Positions 27,920-43,624 of a stretch of DNA of 64,000 nucleotides are shown piece by piece. The stretch lies in the NCBI RefSeq assembly GCF_009914755.1, contig NC_060931.1; one strand, given 5' to 3'. The DNA is from the human T2T-CHM13v2.0 reference genome, Homo sapiens. The notes under the pieces are model-generated. The model was not told where the DNA came from. It saw only the letters and a list, made by a program, of their open reading frames with translations, and made no database searches. The position numbers were made by a program, and so were the translations under genes. Each line of letters begins with the position of its first letter. Within the stretch, counting starts at the first letter, position 1.

Positions 27920-28702
27920 TCACCTTCCAGTGCTGAGAGTCATCTTTGAGTTCTCCATTTCACTCCCTACACTCCAATTTAGCTGCAGTTCTCTTGGCCA
28001 GTCCTGTGAAATACATCCATGGCCTAACGAATTCTCACCACTAATACCACTCATACTAACAGCATTCTCACCTTAGTCACTACCTTTTTTCTCTGGATTA
28101 CAATAGCCCCCCAATTTATTTGCCCACATAACCTATTTATTCTACACGGTGCACCAAATACACCCCTTTGAAATGCAAACACAATCATGTTATTCTCTGG
28201 TGAAATTATCTCATATATTCCTATTGCATTTAAAATTAATTCAAAATAATCCCATGATTATCAAAACCCTACATGCTCTTCTACAACATGGTTTAGTTCC
28301 AAGATATCTCTTCAACTTTTTTTTTCACTATACAGAATTGGTGAGTAATAGTCATATTTTTGTTTTTGCTCAAAAAGTCTTGACTTGTAAATTTTTCAGT
28401 TTCTCCTTTATCCACAGGTAACTCTTTCCTCATAAGGCTAATTGCTTGCTTCCTTGAGTTCTGCTCTCAAAGATACCCTTCATTTTCTACCTAATATTAA
28501 TAACTTTAATCATTCATTATTCCATTACTATGCTCTATAGTGTATACAATTTCTGTTCTTTGTCATGTTATTAACTAAATTATTTGTTTCAATAATGTAT
28601 TCCATAAATATTGTACACATAAAAATTATGTTATTTTTATTGCTGTATGCTCAGCTGCCCAATAACAGTTTGAGGATTAACATATTTGTTAAATGGACAA
28701 AT
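27920..28702 (+). mobile_element. L2 3' fragment
   Basis: gagtcatctttgagttctc; ctggattacaatagcc; tttgaaatgcaaac...atcatgt; ends catatttgttaaatgg. Confidence 0.7.
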
Positions 28703-29029
28703 ACATTCTTTCACAAATATTAGTTTAATAATTTTGTATTAAACTCCCTATATACTTACAATATGAATTAGATAATTCAGAATAAACATTCCATTGGAAT
28801 AAACTAAACAATTTGTTATAAAACATCCTTAAAAGCATCAGAAAGTTAATACAGCAATGAGGAATGACAGGACCAAATTAAGAATGGTATGGAAGCCTGT
28901 TTGTGAGGCTTATGTTTGGATTATCTCTTTACTTAGAGTGACTATCAATCTCAAAAGAGAACTAAAGGGATAAATAACCATATCTACTAACACAGTAAGG
29001 GTATTTAAACATCTCTTAGTAATTGAGAA

Positions 29030-29172
29030 AATTGAAAGAAAAAAAAGAGGGAGAGAGAGAAACAGAGTGAAAGGGATAATGAAGGAGAGAAAGAAGAAGA
29101 GAAAGGAAGAGGAAGAAAAATAAAAAGGAGGAGAGGTGGAGGGAGGAAGAAAGAAAGGTGAAAAGAAAGAAT
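29030..29172. repeat. GA-rich low-complexity tract
   Basis: Almost pure purine on the + strand. Confidence 0.85.
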
Positions 29173-29219
29173 GGTAAAGTTTTTAACAACATAATTTATC
29201 ATTTTAGAATATGAATGTT

Positions 29220-30741
29220 GGTCTATTTGATGTTGTCCCACAGATTCCTTAGTCTCTGTTCATTTTTTATTTGTTATTCTTTCTGTTTCTCAGAGTCAAT
29301 ATTTTCCATTTTCTTATCTTCAAGCTCATGACTTCTTCTGTGTGTGCAAATATACTCTTAAATCCCTCTGGTGATTTTTAAATTTTTATCACTGTAGTTT
29401 TCAACTCCAGAAATTGTTATCTCTTTGTTGATATTCTTACTTTTTAACATTTTTTTCTGATTCCTTTATTTCTTCGTTTATGTTTTCCTTTTGACATTTG
29501 ATTATAATTAAGAGAGTTGTTTTAAAGTCTTTGTCTAGTAAGTTTGATGTCTGGGATTCCTTAGAGATATTTTCTGTCAGTTTATTTTGTTCCTTTGAAT
29601 GAGCCATACTTTCCCATTCTTTGTATGCCTTGTAACTTTTTTTGAAAACTGGACATTATAATAATTATAATTACTATGTGGTTACTCTGTAAATCAGACA
29701 CACCCACCCCCCCCACAAACACACTAACGTTTTGTGGTTTTAAATTTTATTTACTTATTATATTGTTAAGGTATTTTTTTAGTGAAATTTTCCAAAGTGT
29801 TTTTACAAAACTGTTTGCTTTATAAGGTGTGGTCACTGAAGTCTTTTTGTTTCCTTAACAAATGTTAAGCTAATGTTTTGACAGTGATTTTCTTGTATGT
29901 CAGGAACTACGCAAACACAAAAACACTACAAAAACAAAAAGAAAAACGAGTAATCATTATCCAGGAAAATATGGCTCTAGGCCATGCAGACTGGCTTTGT
30001 GCTGAGTTCTTTGAAGCTGGCGCAAAGTGTGTGTTCACTCTTGCACTGAGTGAAGTTCAAGTTCACTCTTGCACAGAGCTTGCACTGAGGGGAAGGATCA
30101 GCCAAGGTAAAAGTGTAGGGTCTTCTTATGACATTTGTCAGCATGTGGCTTAACCTATGCATACGTGTGACTTTCTAGACTCTCCCATGTACGTGAATGA
30201 TTTTGAATGTCTTAGTTTTCCAAATACTCTTCTCCAACTTTTCTTCCTGTGCTGAAGGTGATCTACTATATGTGTAAACTCTAATTTTTGCCCTAAGCAT
30301 CTGTTGTTTGTTAGGTCTCCTTGCAGAGTTTCTCAATAATGTCCATTCCTTATCTGTTCTGTATTCTAGCAACACAGAAAAAAAAGCCTTTCATTAGTCC
30401 TTCAGGTATCCCCCAGACCAGTCAGAACAGACATACATAATAATTTGCGGGTAAGAGCTTCTCTTGTTCCTTTGGAGCCATGGACCAGGGTTCCACACTG
30501 GGAACATGGGCTTCTAACACTTCAAAACTGCCTTTGCTGGGGCAAAGGCAAGTTAAAAATGTCATAAAGTTTTCTAGTTGTCTTTTTGTTGAGTCTGCTT
30601 TCACTTGGTTGTTGTAATCTTTTGACCATTTTCCAGAGTTTTGGCAAAGTTTACTCTGAGAGTTTCTCTTAGTTGTTTGATGTTTCTGTGGGGAAATGAA
30701 AGATTGCAGCTGTCTCCATTGCCATTTTGCTGATGCTCCTC
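29220..30741 (-). mobile_element. Ancient L1M 5'UTR plus part of ORF1
   Basis: tgttgtcccacagattccttagtctctgttcattt...cttcaagctca (reversed ORF1); 5' end gccattttgctgatgctcc. Confidence 0.75.
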
Positions 30742-30787
30742 TTTTGTCAACTTTTGCTTCGTGTTATTATGCTTTTTTATTAGTTCA

Positions 30788-31214
30788 TATATTAGTTTTC
30801 TAGGGCTGCCATAACCAAGTAACACAAACTGAGTGCCTTGAACAACATAAATTTATTGTCTTATAGTCCTGGAAGCTAAAAGTCTGAGATTGAGGTGTCA
30901 GCAGGGATGGTCCCTTCAAGGGCTATGAGAGGAAGTCTGTTCTATGCCTTGTTTCTAGCTTCTGGTGGTTTAGTGGCAGTCTTTGGCATTCCTTGGCTAA
31001 TCTCTGCCCTCATAATCACATGGTACTCTCCCTGTGTGTATGTCTCCCTCTACTCAAATTTCTTCTTTTTATAAAGACATCAGTCATATTGAATTAAGGC
31101 TCATCTGATTTTATCTTAACTTGACCACCTGCGAAGAACCTATTTCCTAATGAGGTCGTATTCAGAGGTTAGGATTTCAGCATCTATATAGAGGAAACAA
31201 TTTAGCTCATATCA
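30788..31214 (-). mobile_element. MLT1B/C-like MaLR solo LTR
   Basis: tattagttttctagggctgccataac...aatttattgtc...aagtctgagattgaggtgtcagcaggg. Confidence 0.85.
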
Positions 31215-32032
31215 GTGCATATATGATTGTAATAGCTATGTCTTCCTAAAGCATTGACCCCCTTATTACTACAATATAAATTTTTAAAATCCTATTCACA
31301 TTTTTAATAGTCTATATTGTGTGTTGTGAGTATAATGAGTTCAGTGTTCTTATGATTGCTCTTTGCATGATATTTTTTGTCACCTTTTTACTTTCAATCC
31401 ATTAGTATCCTTGCATCTCAAATGTGCCTTCTCTAGACAGCATATATTGGGATCACTTGTTTTAATCCAGTCTGACAATCTCTACCTCTTGACTGGATTT
31501 TAATCTGCTCACATTTAATATTATAATTGGTATAATTCTATTTATGTCTGCCATTTTACTGTTTGTTTTGTATATTTCTCAAATATTTTTCTTTATTGCT
31601 TTATTTTGCAATGAATGAATATTTTCTAAAATAGAGAATGTTAGATTACTAATGAATTATTTTACTATATATTTTTGAGAATTTTTGTTGTTGATGTAAG
31701 TTTACCACATAGGTATATGGAAAATTAATTATTCAAATCATCTTCCAATTTACACTAGCTAAATTTTAGTAATACATAGAAACATCATTCTTATACAAAT
31801 CTCTTTTATTTCCTCCATTTTAAAGTATTATCACTTTACACATTACATCTATTAAAGTTATAAAGCCAACAGTACATTTTAGTAATTATTACTTTACCAT
31901 CTATAGTAATTACCTTATCACAAAACATTTTTCTTCCAACTACCGCCTTTTTGATGTTATTGGAAAATATGTTATAGACATATTACATTTCTACATGTCA
32001 AATACTCAGCAATACATTATGCACATATTATT

Positions 32033-32658
<626 letters not shown>

Positions 32659-33034
32659 ATTATGCACATATTATTTTATAAACAATTATGGTAAAGAGAA
32701 AATATGCATTTCTACTGTCTTTTATAATGTTATTATTACCTATGCCAGTGCTTTTTAAAAAATGTGGATTCAAATGACTGTCTTGTGTAACTTGCTTTTA
32801 GCCTTAGGAATTTATTTTAGTGTTTTTTTTTTGTATGGTAGGTCTGCCAGCAACAACTTCAGTTAATATTTCTGTTTATCTGGGTAAGTCTTTGTGTTAT
32901 CTTCATTTTTGAAAAATAATTACTGAATAAGGAATTAGTGGTAGACAGTTTTTTCCTTTGCATCTTTTGAATATATTATTCTACTGCTTCTTGCTTTCCA
33001 TTGTTTCTGTTAAGTCAGCTGTTAATCTTACAAA

Positions 33035-33492
33035 ACATAGGTGCTCAAAAAATAAACATGTACATGAATATTTATGGCAGTAATATTCATACAGTCAAAA
33101 AGTGGAAACAATCCATATGCTTGTCGACTTATAAATGGACACCCAATTTTCAGCTATAACAAAGAATGAAGTACTTATACATGGTAAAATATTGGTGAAA
33201 TTTGAAAGCATTATGCTAAGTACACAAAAGGACAAATATTACTTGATTTTATTCACATGAAACATCAGGAATTGGCAAATCAACTGGGATATAAATCAGA
33301 TTAGTGGTCATTAGGGCTCAGGGAAGCAGAATACGGTCTAACAACTTTATGCATAATGGGTTTTTAGAAGGGACATGATGAAATTATCATGGAACATTGT
33401 GAATATACTAAAAGCAACTGCATTGTATACTTTAAAATGGTTAAGTTGTGAATTTTATATTGTGTGCTTTTTACCTTAAAAAACAAAAAAGA
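33035..33492 (+). mobile_element. L1MB-type 3' end
   Basis: aaaagtggaaacaatcca; gcattatgctaagt; cattgtatactttaaaatggtt; A-rich tail. Confidence 0.8.
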
Positions 33493-34329
33493 GAAAATAG
33501 CCTTACTCTATACATAATAAACTCAAGATGTATTACAAATTTATATGTGAAATCCAAAATACTATAATATTTAAGGAATAGCTAAGTAGAATAACACTAA
33601 AATTTAGCATAATGAAATATTTCCTTAAAAAAGAAAAAACACAGTAATTAATAAGGGAAATATAGTTTATTAATATTTTTTCTCTCCATTAAGCATGCCA
33701 TTAACTGAGTAAAAAATCAAGCTGCAATATATAAACTACATTTTCTAAAATCATAAAGAAAATATGAAATGAAAAGGGATTTGGGAAAAAAATCCAAAGG
33801 TACAGTCAACTACACAAAAAAAAGCTTAGTCTCATTAATCATTAGGAAAATGCAAATTGTAACTGGAATAAGATAAAACTACAATTCAAAGAGAAAGGCT
33901 AAAATTTCAAACCAAAAAAAATTCTGGGTTTTGGAGAGCTGGGAAGGAATAGGGCTCCTAATCTTACAACAATGAAAGAACAAAACTAACTTCAAAGTCA
34001 TGACTTTATTTTTATAGCAACCAGGTTGCCAAGAACTGAGTCAAAATGTAAGGGAAAATAAGCACCTGCAAGGAGAAAGAGGACGGATGCACTTACATAA
34101 GACAGATGCAAATAGACACCACTATGACAAGTAAAGCTGGAATAATCAATAAATTCCTAAAGACAAAGTGGGGCTGGTCAGATTGGGAAACCACTGACAG
34201 CTGCAGAAGTTGGGAAAGATCCACCATCTTGAAAACTTTTTCCCCACAAATCCACTGGGATCTCTCAAGCAATTGGTAAGGACTCCAAGACAGTCTGTAT
34301 ATGATACAGTTCAGGGAGAGCAGAACACT

Positions 34330-34608
34330 GGGGAGGTGACCAGGTCATGGGGGCTGAGCCCTTATGAATGGGATTAGTGCCTTTATAAAAGAAGCTCAAT
34401 GGAGTTCTAGTGTGCCTTTCACTATGTGAGGACATAGAAAGAAGGCACCATTTATGCACCATGAAATGGGCTGTCATCAACACTGAATTTGTGAGCATCT
34501 TGACCTGAGATCTTACAGCCTCAAGAAGTGAAAAAAAAGAAGTATCTGTTGTTTTTTAGTCACCGAGTTTATGTTATTTTGTTATAAGAGTCCAAATAGA
34601 CCGAGATA
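34330..34608 (+). mobile_element. MLT1A0-like MaLR LTR (5'-truncated)
   Basis: gggaggtgaccaggtcatg...atgaatgggattagtgcctttataaaaga...tattttgttata. Confidence 0.85.
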
Positions 34609-34839
34609 TTCCACTTAATATATAGGGGAAGGCCACAAAAACTGCCACACTTAGAATACTCCTGATGCTCGGAGTATGAAAACAGGAAAAACAAAACAAA
34701 ACAAAACTACTCTTGAAGGTGAAGGAGGAATATCACTGAGCTCACCAACACAGCCAGGAAAAGGAACAGAAGTGTGAGAAGGCTATATTCCTGAGACCTT
34801 GAGAAAAAGTACCTGCATAAGACTGAGATGAAATTACCT

Positions 34840-35520
34840 ACCCTAGTTATAACTGAAATCCCAAAAAGAAGAGGAAAAAATAATGGAATAGAAGAAATAT
34901 TTTTCAAAATAACTGTCAAAAATAGTCTAAAAGAAGTGACAGAAAATCAAACTTCAGATATAGGAAACTCAGAGAATGTCAAATAGAACAAAAATAAATA
35001 AGAATTACATCTTGAAAATATCTTTAAAAAATCAACTCTAAATTTTATATCTTGCTCCAAATATATAGAGATATAAATAGGTTATAATCAAGGTATGGAG
35101 AAAGCCATATCATGGAAACACTAAAGTAAAGCTGTGGAAGGACTACATTGATATTAGACACAACAGAGTTCAGAACAAGAAATATTATCAGAGATGAGAG
35201 ATAATATATAATATAATAATCAATTCTCAAGATGATGTGAACATCCTGCTAATTAGGGTATGCAGCTTACAACAGAACCTCCAAATACATGAGGTAAAAC
35301 ATGAAATAAATCAAAGGTGATCTAGAAAAATCCAAAATTATATTTGCAGACTTCAACAATTTTGTCTTAGTAATGGACAGACTAGACACAAACTCAGTAA
35401 TCGTATAGAAGACAAGAACAACAATATCACCAACAAGACATCCAATCTTCAATGGCAGATACTCTTTCCTTTCAAGTGAAAAAAAAAAAAACAGTATAGC
35501 ATATTCTCTAACAAACCCAG
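34840..35520 (+). mobile_element. Old L1M ORF1/ORF2 fragments
   Basis: gaagaaatattt...; gcttacaacagaacctccaaatacatgagg; gcagacttcaaca. Confidence 0.65.
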
Positions 35521-35537
35521 AATTTCTAATATTTGCG

Positions 35538-36153
35538 GTCTTCCTTCCTTCTTTCCATCTTCCTTTCTGTTCTCTTCCCTTCCCTTGCCTTCTTCCTTCC
35601 TTTCTTCTTTTTCTCTTTCTTTTCTGTTCTTTTTTCTTTTCTTTTTCTTTTTCTCTTCTTTCTTTTTTCTCCTTCCTTCTTTCGTTCTTTCCTCTTTTCT
35701 TCCTTTCTTCCTTCCCTCATACCTCCCTTCCTTTCTCCCTCCCTTTCTTTCTCCCTCCCTTTCTCTCTCTTTCTTTCTTTCTCACTTTCTTGCTTTCTTT
35801 CCTTTTTTCTTTCTCCCTTCCTCCCTCCCTCCTTTTCTTCCTCCCTCCCTCCCTTCCTTCCTTTCCTCCTTTTCCCTTCCTTCCTTCCTTCTCCTCTTTA
35901 TTTTCTTTGTTTCTTTGCCTTCCTCCCTTTTTCCATTCTCTCCTCCTCCTTTCCTTCCTCCCTTCCTCCTTTCTTTCTTGCTTGCTTGCTTGCTTTCTGG
36001 TGTTCTTGCTTTCTTTTTTCTCCCTTCCTGCCTTTCTCCCTTCCTCCCTCCCTTCCTTCCTTCCTTCTCTCATTTCCTCCTTCTTTTATTTCTTCTTTCT
36101 TTCCTTCCTTCCTTCTTTTCTCTTTCTTTCTTTTCTTTTCTTTCTTTCTCTTT
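35538..36153. repeat. About 610-bp (TTCC)/(TTTC)/(CT) polypyrimidine low-complexity tract
   Basis: Near-pure pyrimidine + strand. Confidence 0.95.
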
Positions 36154-36243
36154 ACTACAATTCATATTATTTAAAAAAAATTAAGAGAGAGAGGCAGAAA
36201 AATAAAGAACACTTTAATCTGCAGGTAAATAGATTATGTCTGC

Positions 36244-37056
<813 letters not shown>

Positions 37057-38052
37057 GTAATTGTATCATGAAAATGAGAACCATAATTTACAACTGCTTT
37101 TAATACTATAACCTTCCCGTCTTCTTGCTTGGATGTTTGAAATCATGTACATGGATATGATCTCTGTGTGTATGAAAGAGGACAGCAAATTGTTGCCAAA
37201 ATAATGCAAATGCAAATCTTTCACTCATTTATATGTAGGTTTAATTTAATCTTTGAAATTAAAATGAAATTAAAGGATTATTAAATTTTGATGAAATTAG
37301 ACTAAAATGAACAACAACAAAATAAGAGCTTACTTATATTCTTTATATGGTCAATAAAGAAGTGATAGTGGAAAAAAATAACAAATGAAGGTGATGATTT
37401 AGGAAGTTGGAAAGATAGCTTAAACTACAAAATGGTATATAACTAGTGAACACTTAGAGACATTGATTGATGAACTTCAGCTTTTGGCTTGGTGAGAGCA
37501 TAAAATGAGAGCAGCTGAGGTTTGCAAATTTGTAATCTCCTTGTGGAAAAACAGGGGAAAAGACATCTCAGCATAATAAGATTAATCTACTAAAGAGTCA
37601 AGACTTGATCCATTTGTCCTTGTAATTCAAAAGCTAATTCAAATACTGATTTGATATATTGTGTTAACAACCATTGCTGATTATCATCGCATACCTGGCA
37701 CTCTCTTTTATTTAATATCTAAAATATTTGTTAATTTCTGGACTTTCTCTTTTCAAACCCAGTACGGTTTAATTTCAATCTTAGAACAGTTGTCTTTGAG
37801 AAATTCTTCACTTTAGTGCATCTATGAATGGGCATAACATGGATACATATATGCTGTCACCCCAGAGAACATTTGTTAAATTAAAGCCAAAGTTTAAAGC
37901 AACAGCTTTAACTCACTGGTTTTACTAATTTTTTCCTCCCCAATAGCCACAACAATATTGATACCCCCACACCTTTTAACATAAAGCTTGGTGTTGTCTA
38001 TTTTTCAGGTACTGTCATCTATATGATTTCAGTATTTTAAAAATCAGCTTCC

Positions 38053-38362
<310 letters not shown>

Positions 38363-39826
38363 GTCTGCTCTCATTGATTTCTACATAAATATGCATAGGT
38401 TATGTCCATATAGATACAAATAATAATATATCTGACTGGGTCCATATGATCTTCAAAATGTAAAATGCCTATCTGTGTAATTGACTGGTTAGTCTCATTA
38501 ATGAATAGAGATTCAATTCTACTTTCTTCTTCTAGAAAAAATATATAATCTAGCTTTTAATTTCACTTATTTACTGGTAACAACAGGAAGAATGACAAGA
38601 TATCTATTTTGGAAAATTACTCTGGTAGGAGTAAAGATGAAACAATGATAGAATTGCATGGAAAACTAGAAAAAAATATGGTCTTCTGATATTCTATCAC
38701 ATCATATCCTAAAGGCTTCATAAAACTCAGATATTTTATCTAAAAATGTTATTTTCATCTTAGGAATGATCAAAGCACGAGACTAGAATTGTATTACAAT
38801 GATTCTCACAAGCACATGTGCTAAAAAGGAGGGGAAAACATCATTACTGATATTTTAAACGTATGTTTTACTTTCCATCAACATGAACCTCAACTTGATA
38901 TGATGCAGATCAAAGGAAATCACCCATAATTCCATATTAAGAAGGCCTGTGATATTTTATGGGAAACTAAATAGAGAAAATGCTAACAGAAACCCTATTA
39001 AGCTTTATGGAGCAAAGACAAATCCAGTGGTGAAAGATACACACTCGAGTTGTGTTTATTGTCTTGGAACAATATGGTTTAGAGGTGACTGGTGGGTGAG
39101 GAGAACATATGCGAGTTCACCAAATAGAAAAGCTGAGTGAGGCAATGCCTCTTCCTGACCATATCTCTTACTCAGGTAACTATACAATTTATTGTCCAGT
39201 AAAGGGTATATTTAAAAATCATATTAAAAGTCATGCAGTGAAGTTGTCCAGGGAAATCAAGACTTAACAGTCTCACTCTGACAAAAATGAATAGGGGGGT
39301 TCCCTCAAGATAGACTAGGACATGACCCCACACTGGTAGTTAGTAGTACCAGAAAAGAACCCATGGAAAATCTTTACCTTATACTTGAGATAGGGACCAG
39401 GCCAAAGTGACAGCCAGACATAAAATTCTATCTAAAATATATCAATAATCAAAGAAAATATGTGGTGTACAGGCATAGAATGTCTTTACTGGATCATTGA
39501 AATAGTAAGATAAATTCAAATTTTTACATTGTTTTATTTTCCTCCAGTTAGGGCTTGAGGTTTGCCTCTGGAGAGTGGCTGTCAATTGGAGCCCTGCCTT
39601 TCTGGGGTTCTGGGCAGGGGGTTGTGGATGCTTAACATATGCCTTTCACAGGACACTCCCTTACCCCAGCAGTGACCAGGTGTGTATCCCACGACCAGGC
39701 CTCCCTCTCACAGAATATCTGTTGAGACTGGGAGATGCCTGGTGGCTGTTGCCTGACCTGTGTCCTGTGTATTTCTGACAAGAGCCACTCTCAGAGGCCC
39801 TGGCCAGGAGGAGAGTTAGGTTCCAG

Positions 39827-40582
39827 TGTAGGTCAGATCACACACATGGAGGCCACAGGACCAAACATGGGAAATCACAGAAGTAGTTTTATTACTCACA
39901 GATCCAGGGAGAAGAGGGAAGCTGAGAAGAGGGTTTGGCTGTGTCCCCAGACAAATCTCATCTTGAATTCCCACATGTTGTGGGAGGGAACAGGTGGGAG
40001 GTAATTGAATCATGGGGGCAGGTCTTTCCCATGCTGTTCTTCCGATAGTGAATAAGTCTCACAAGATCTGATGGTTTTATAAAGGGGAGTTTCCTTGCAC
40101 AAGCTCTCTTGTCTTGTTTGCTGCCATGTGAGACGTGCCTTTCACCTTCCACCATGATTGTGAGGCCTACCCAGCCATGTGCAATCGTACGTCTATTACC
40201 TCTTTCTTCTGGAAATTACCCAGTCTTGGGCATGTCTTTATCGGCAGTGTGAAAATGGACTAATACATTAGCACACCTCATAGGGCTGAACAAAACGGGG
40301 AAGATGAGTGGGGAGCAAGAGAGAGAAAAGGGGTCTGTGGGACTCCAGCCGTGAGGTCTGTGGGGTGAGTCAGGTAGGTTGTATCCAAAGGTTCCATAGC
40401 AGGTAGTCACCAGGAGGAGGCAACTGTGTAGGGTCAATATCTGGGCCCAGCCGCACTGAGGAACTGGGAGGGTTAGAATTGGAAATTGTCAAGGGAAGCT
40501 GAACCCAGCTACCACATGAGAGCGTTCAACTTACGTTCAATGTGAATGCCGTGGCAACATTAAAATATAAGAATTCACTCCA
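39827..40582 (-). mobile_element. MER74-like ERVL LTR interrupted by THE1
   Basis: ttttattactcacag near the 3' end; 5' end is the reverse of tggagtgaattcttatattttaatgttgcc. Confidence 0.65.
39923..40267 (+). mobile_element. THE1B-like MaLR solo LTR
   Basis: ggtttggctgtgtcccca...aatctcatcttgaattcccac...gcagtgtgaaaatggactaataca. Confidence 0.92.
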
Positions 40583-41289
40583 ATGTGCTCGAGGTAAATA
40601 GGAGAAACCTAGAATTTATGTAAACAGTGAGAAGATTGGATGCGTTTTCCATCACATATTTTAATACTAGCAGCATATTATATATGTCAATCCATCAGGC
40701 ATTCAGAAATACATGCTTATGAAAATTTTTTGCACCATCAGACAAGAGACAAGGATAGAAGACATTTTTAACCTTATAAACACTAGTAAATTAAAAACAG
40801 AAGGACATCTATGTCCAAATATCTCTATGTTGTGAAAGGCCGCCCTGTGAAATGCGAGATTTCTTAAACATATTTTTAAAATCATAGGTGTCAATATTTT
40901 TTAGAAATCCATTTAAATTTTCTCTTGCTATTTTACAATGCCTATTTATTTATTTAATGGTTCTGCTGATTTTGATGTATATCCTAAACTTTACATTTTC
41001 TTTAAAGTATGTTTTATACAACTTTATGTAAAATGTTTCCGTATCTTCACATTCTCTCCCTGTTCTTTTGTTTTGCTCTTATATGGTGGCCTTGAATCTT
41101 TTCTCTGGCTTTTCAAACCTAGTAAGACTAAGACACTAAAGTAACTTTGCCCGTGGTTTGGTAATGCCTTCTAAAACACATCCTAAGCTCTCGTGCATAC
41201 AGGGGTCTCCTTTGAGCTTTGTTCTACTGAGATCCCATATACCTAAATTCCAGTACTCCAAATCAGTACTGCTCAGTTTTAGTTACTAA

Positions 41290-42460
41290 GTTTAAAAATG
41301 TATTTTAATAGCAAGTTAGTTTAGTGCACTCTTGCTTCTTTCTTTACTGCTGGTATACATGTATATTCCTTTAAATGAATCTTGGAATTTATTTAAAAAT
41401 TTTAAGTTACACTAATAGAACTGTATCTGGCATTGTTGTGAATTGATAGATGAATTTGGAAAGAATTTGTCTTTATGATACTAAATCCTTTTTATCCAAG
41501 AATCATATGTGCCTTTATATTTATTCTAGTCTATATTTATATCACTGAGTAAATATATAGGAATGTAGATACATATAGCTATAGTTATAGATACAAATAT
41601 AGATATAACATGTTAAATCTATATCTATCCCATATAACATATATACATGTTATATGTGTGTGTGTATATATATGTATATGTTTGTGTTATTAATGAGCTC
41701 CCTTAAAATTTTTCTTTTATTTCCTATATAATTTTAGGTTGAGCTTGAATTTTCCTTGTATAAACATGTAAATATTTATACTAGTTTTAATACTGATGTT
41801 TAGACATTCTATCTTATTTTAGCATTGAATATTTTCACAATTATTATAAATATTATCCAATATTAATAATGTAACTGTTAAAAATATTTAAAATTTTACA
41901 GTTGAATTATTTTATTGTTGAATTTAAATTCCTTTAAGTATGATAGTAAATTTGTATTTTATATTTTCTCTATGCATATGCAAATTAATCTAGCCACTTC
42001 TCTATCTCTATGTAGTAACATATGAAAATCAAGCCTCTCTTCTTCTAATAGACATACACATGTTTGCATATAAAATATCAGACTCTTTATAGCATTTAAA
42101 ATCTTTAAAGACATGAATATTACCTTTTAACAAATATATTTTCGCATGTACTGAGAATCCCCTATTTATTTTTTATTTGGGCTAATCAATATGATTATTA
42201 ATATTATTGGATTACCAAATTTGGAATCACACTTTCATCCCCAAGGTGGATATTTGTTTTATTTTTTTGCTAATTTCTTGTCCTACTGTTTCAAATACGG
42301 TTGGAGATTATTTTTATTTTATTTGGCATTTTAGTATCAATATTTGTAAGTGATGTACTCTACATATTTTTTCTTCAATATCTGGTGGATTTTATAATTA
42401 CTGCTATATTAGATTTGTAGTAGATGCTGACAAAAATTATTTCTCTATGTTTTATAGCTG
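41290..42460 (-). mobile_element. Highly decayed L1 ORF2 fragments with a TA-rich insert
   Basis: gaattgatagatgaatttggaaagaatttgtctttatgatactaaatc. Confidence 0.55.
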
Positions 42461-42462
42461 TA

Positions 42463-42990
42463 TGAAGGAAACCAATATATTTTATCCCAAAATATATTTC
42501 CTTGATATATTTCAAAATGGCTATTCAGAAGGGCTGGAAATGCAAAAATAGCTGCAAAGCTGTCTTGGGGAGATTTGCATCAGTAGAGAATCTGCCTTAA
42601 TGCAACCAGGCTTTCTCTGAGGTCTGCCCCCTTGTCTGGATGTAGGAAAGGTTAACTGAGAGTCTGAGGTCTCCAAAGGTCTGAAAGAAACATTTTCTGT
42701 CTGTTCTCTCTGAGGGCTGCTCCCAGTGAGGTTTCACTGTTGCTAGCCAGGATCTTTTTCTCACATACCCTTTTTTTTTCCCCTATGATCCAAGCCCCCA
42801 TTCTTTCTGTAAACTCAATGTGGTCAATAAGCTTCTGCACCCATCGTGTGTCTGGGTCTTCATTCTAAGGGCTCCAGTGTACACACATTGCAGAAACCTG
42901 TATGCCTTTTCTACTATTTATCTGCCTCCTGTTGGTGATTTTCAGGGAAACTTCAGAAGGCAAAAGGGACATTCTCCTTTAGCCCATACT
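42463..42990 (+). mobile_element. MER34-family ERV1 solo LTR
   Basis: tgaaggaaaccaatatattttatcccaaaatata...ggagatttgcatcagtagaga...tatgccttttct...ttcagggaaacttcagaagg. Confidence 0.8.
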
Positions 42991-43195
42991 CAGACAAAAT
43001 CCGCCAACATTTAACTGATTCCTAATAGCTTAAAATCACTTTGAAAAATCTATATATTTATAACCTTTTCTTCCCTCTATGATTTCTGGTCAGCTAGGGT
43101 TTTGTTTTTTACTCCATTTACTTCATCCTGGAAAAGATCTATTTTATGTCTATTTATTCTCATTTATTGACATTGAGAAAATAAAATAACTTTTA

Positions 43196-43624
43196 TGTGA
43201 GAAATGCAAGTCCTTTTAAATAATCAGGCCCAGAGAGATATTAAAATGAGACAGCAGTTCTGTCCTACTCCTCTTTGAGCTGTGTGTTCATCCAGGCTGC
43301 TTGCTGTTGCCACAGTAGCTATAAATTAACCAATAATGCCACACCAGACACTATAATCCACACCCAATAATAGCTTAACAGTGTATAGCCAGTCACTAAT
43401 CAATGTTATTTCCATAAGCCAATGAGAATTTGTGACAAACCTCTTTGCATCATCCCACTCCTTGTCCTTTTTGCCTTTAAGAAACTGCTTGTTGCAAAGC
43501 TCCAAAGGGAGTTCATATCCAAGGATACTTGGGTCTGTTTCTTCCAGGCAGCTGTCCTCATTGTGGCTCAAGTAATCTCTTTGAATTACGTTTTGTGCTT
43601 CAGCCCCTTCCACTTAGATTAACA
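43196..43624 (+). mobile_element. ERV1 MER4-group solo LTR (MER57/MER93-like, uncertain)
   Basis: tgtgagaaat...atcaggcccagagag...gccaatgagaatt...ttttgtgcttcagcccc...ttagattaaca; TG...CA ends. Confidence 0.7.
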
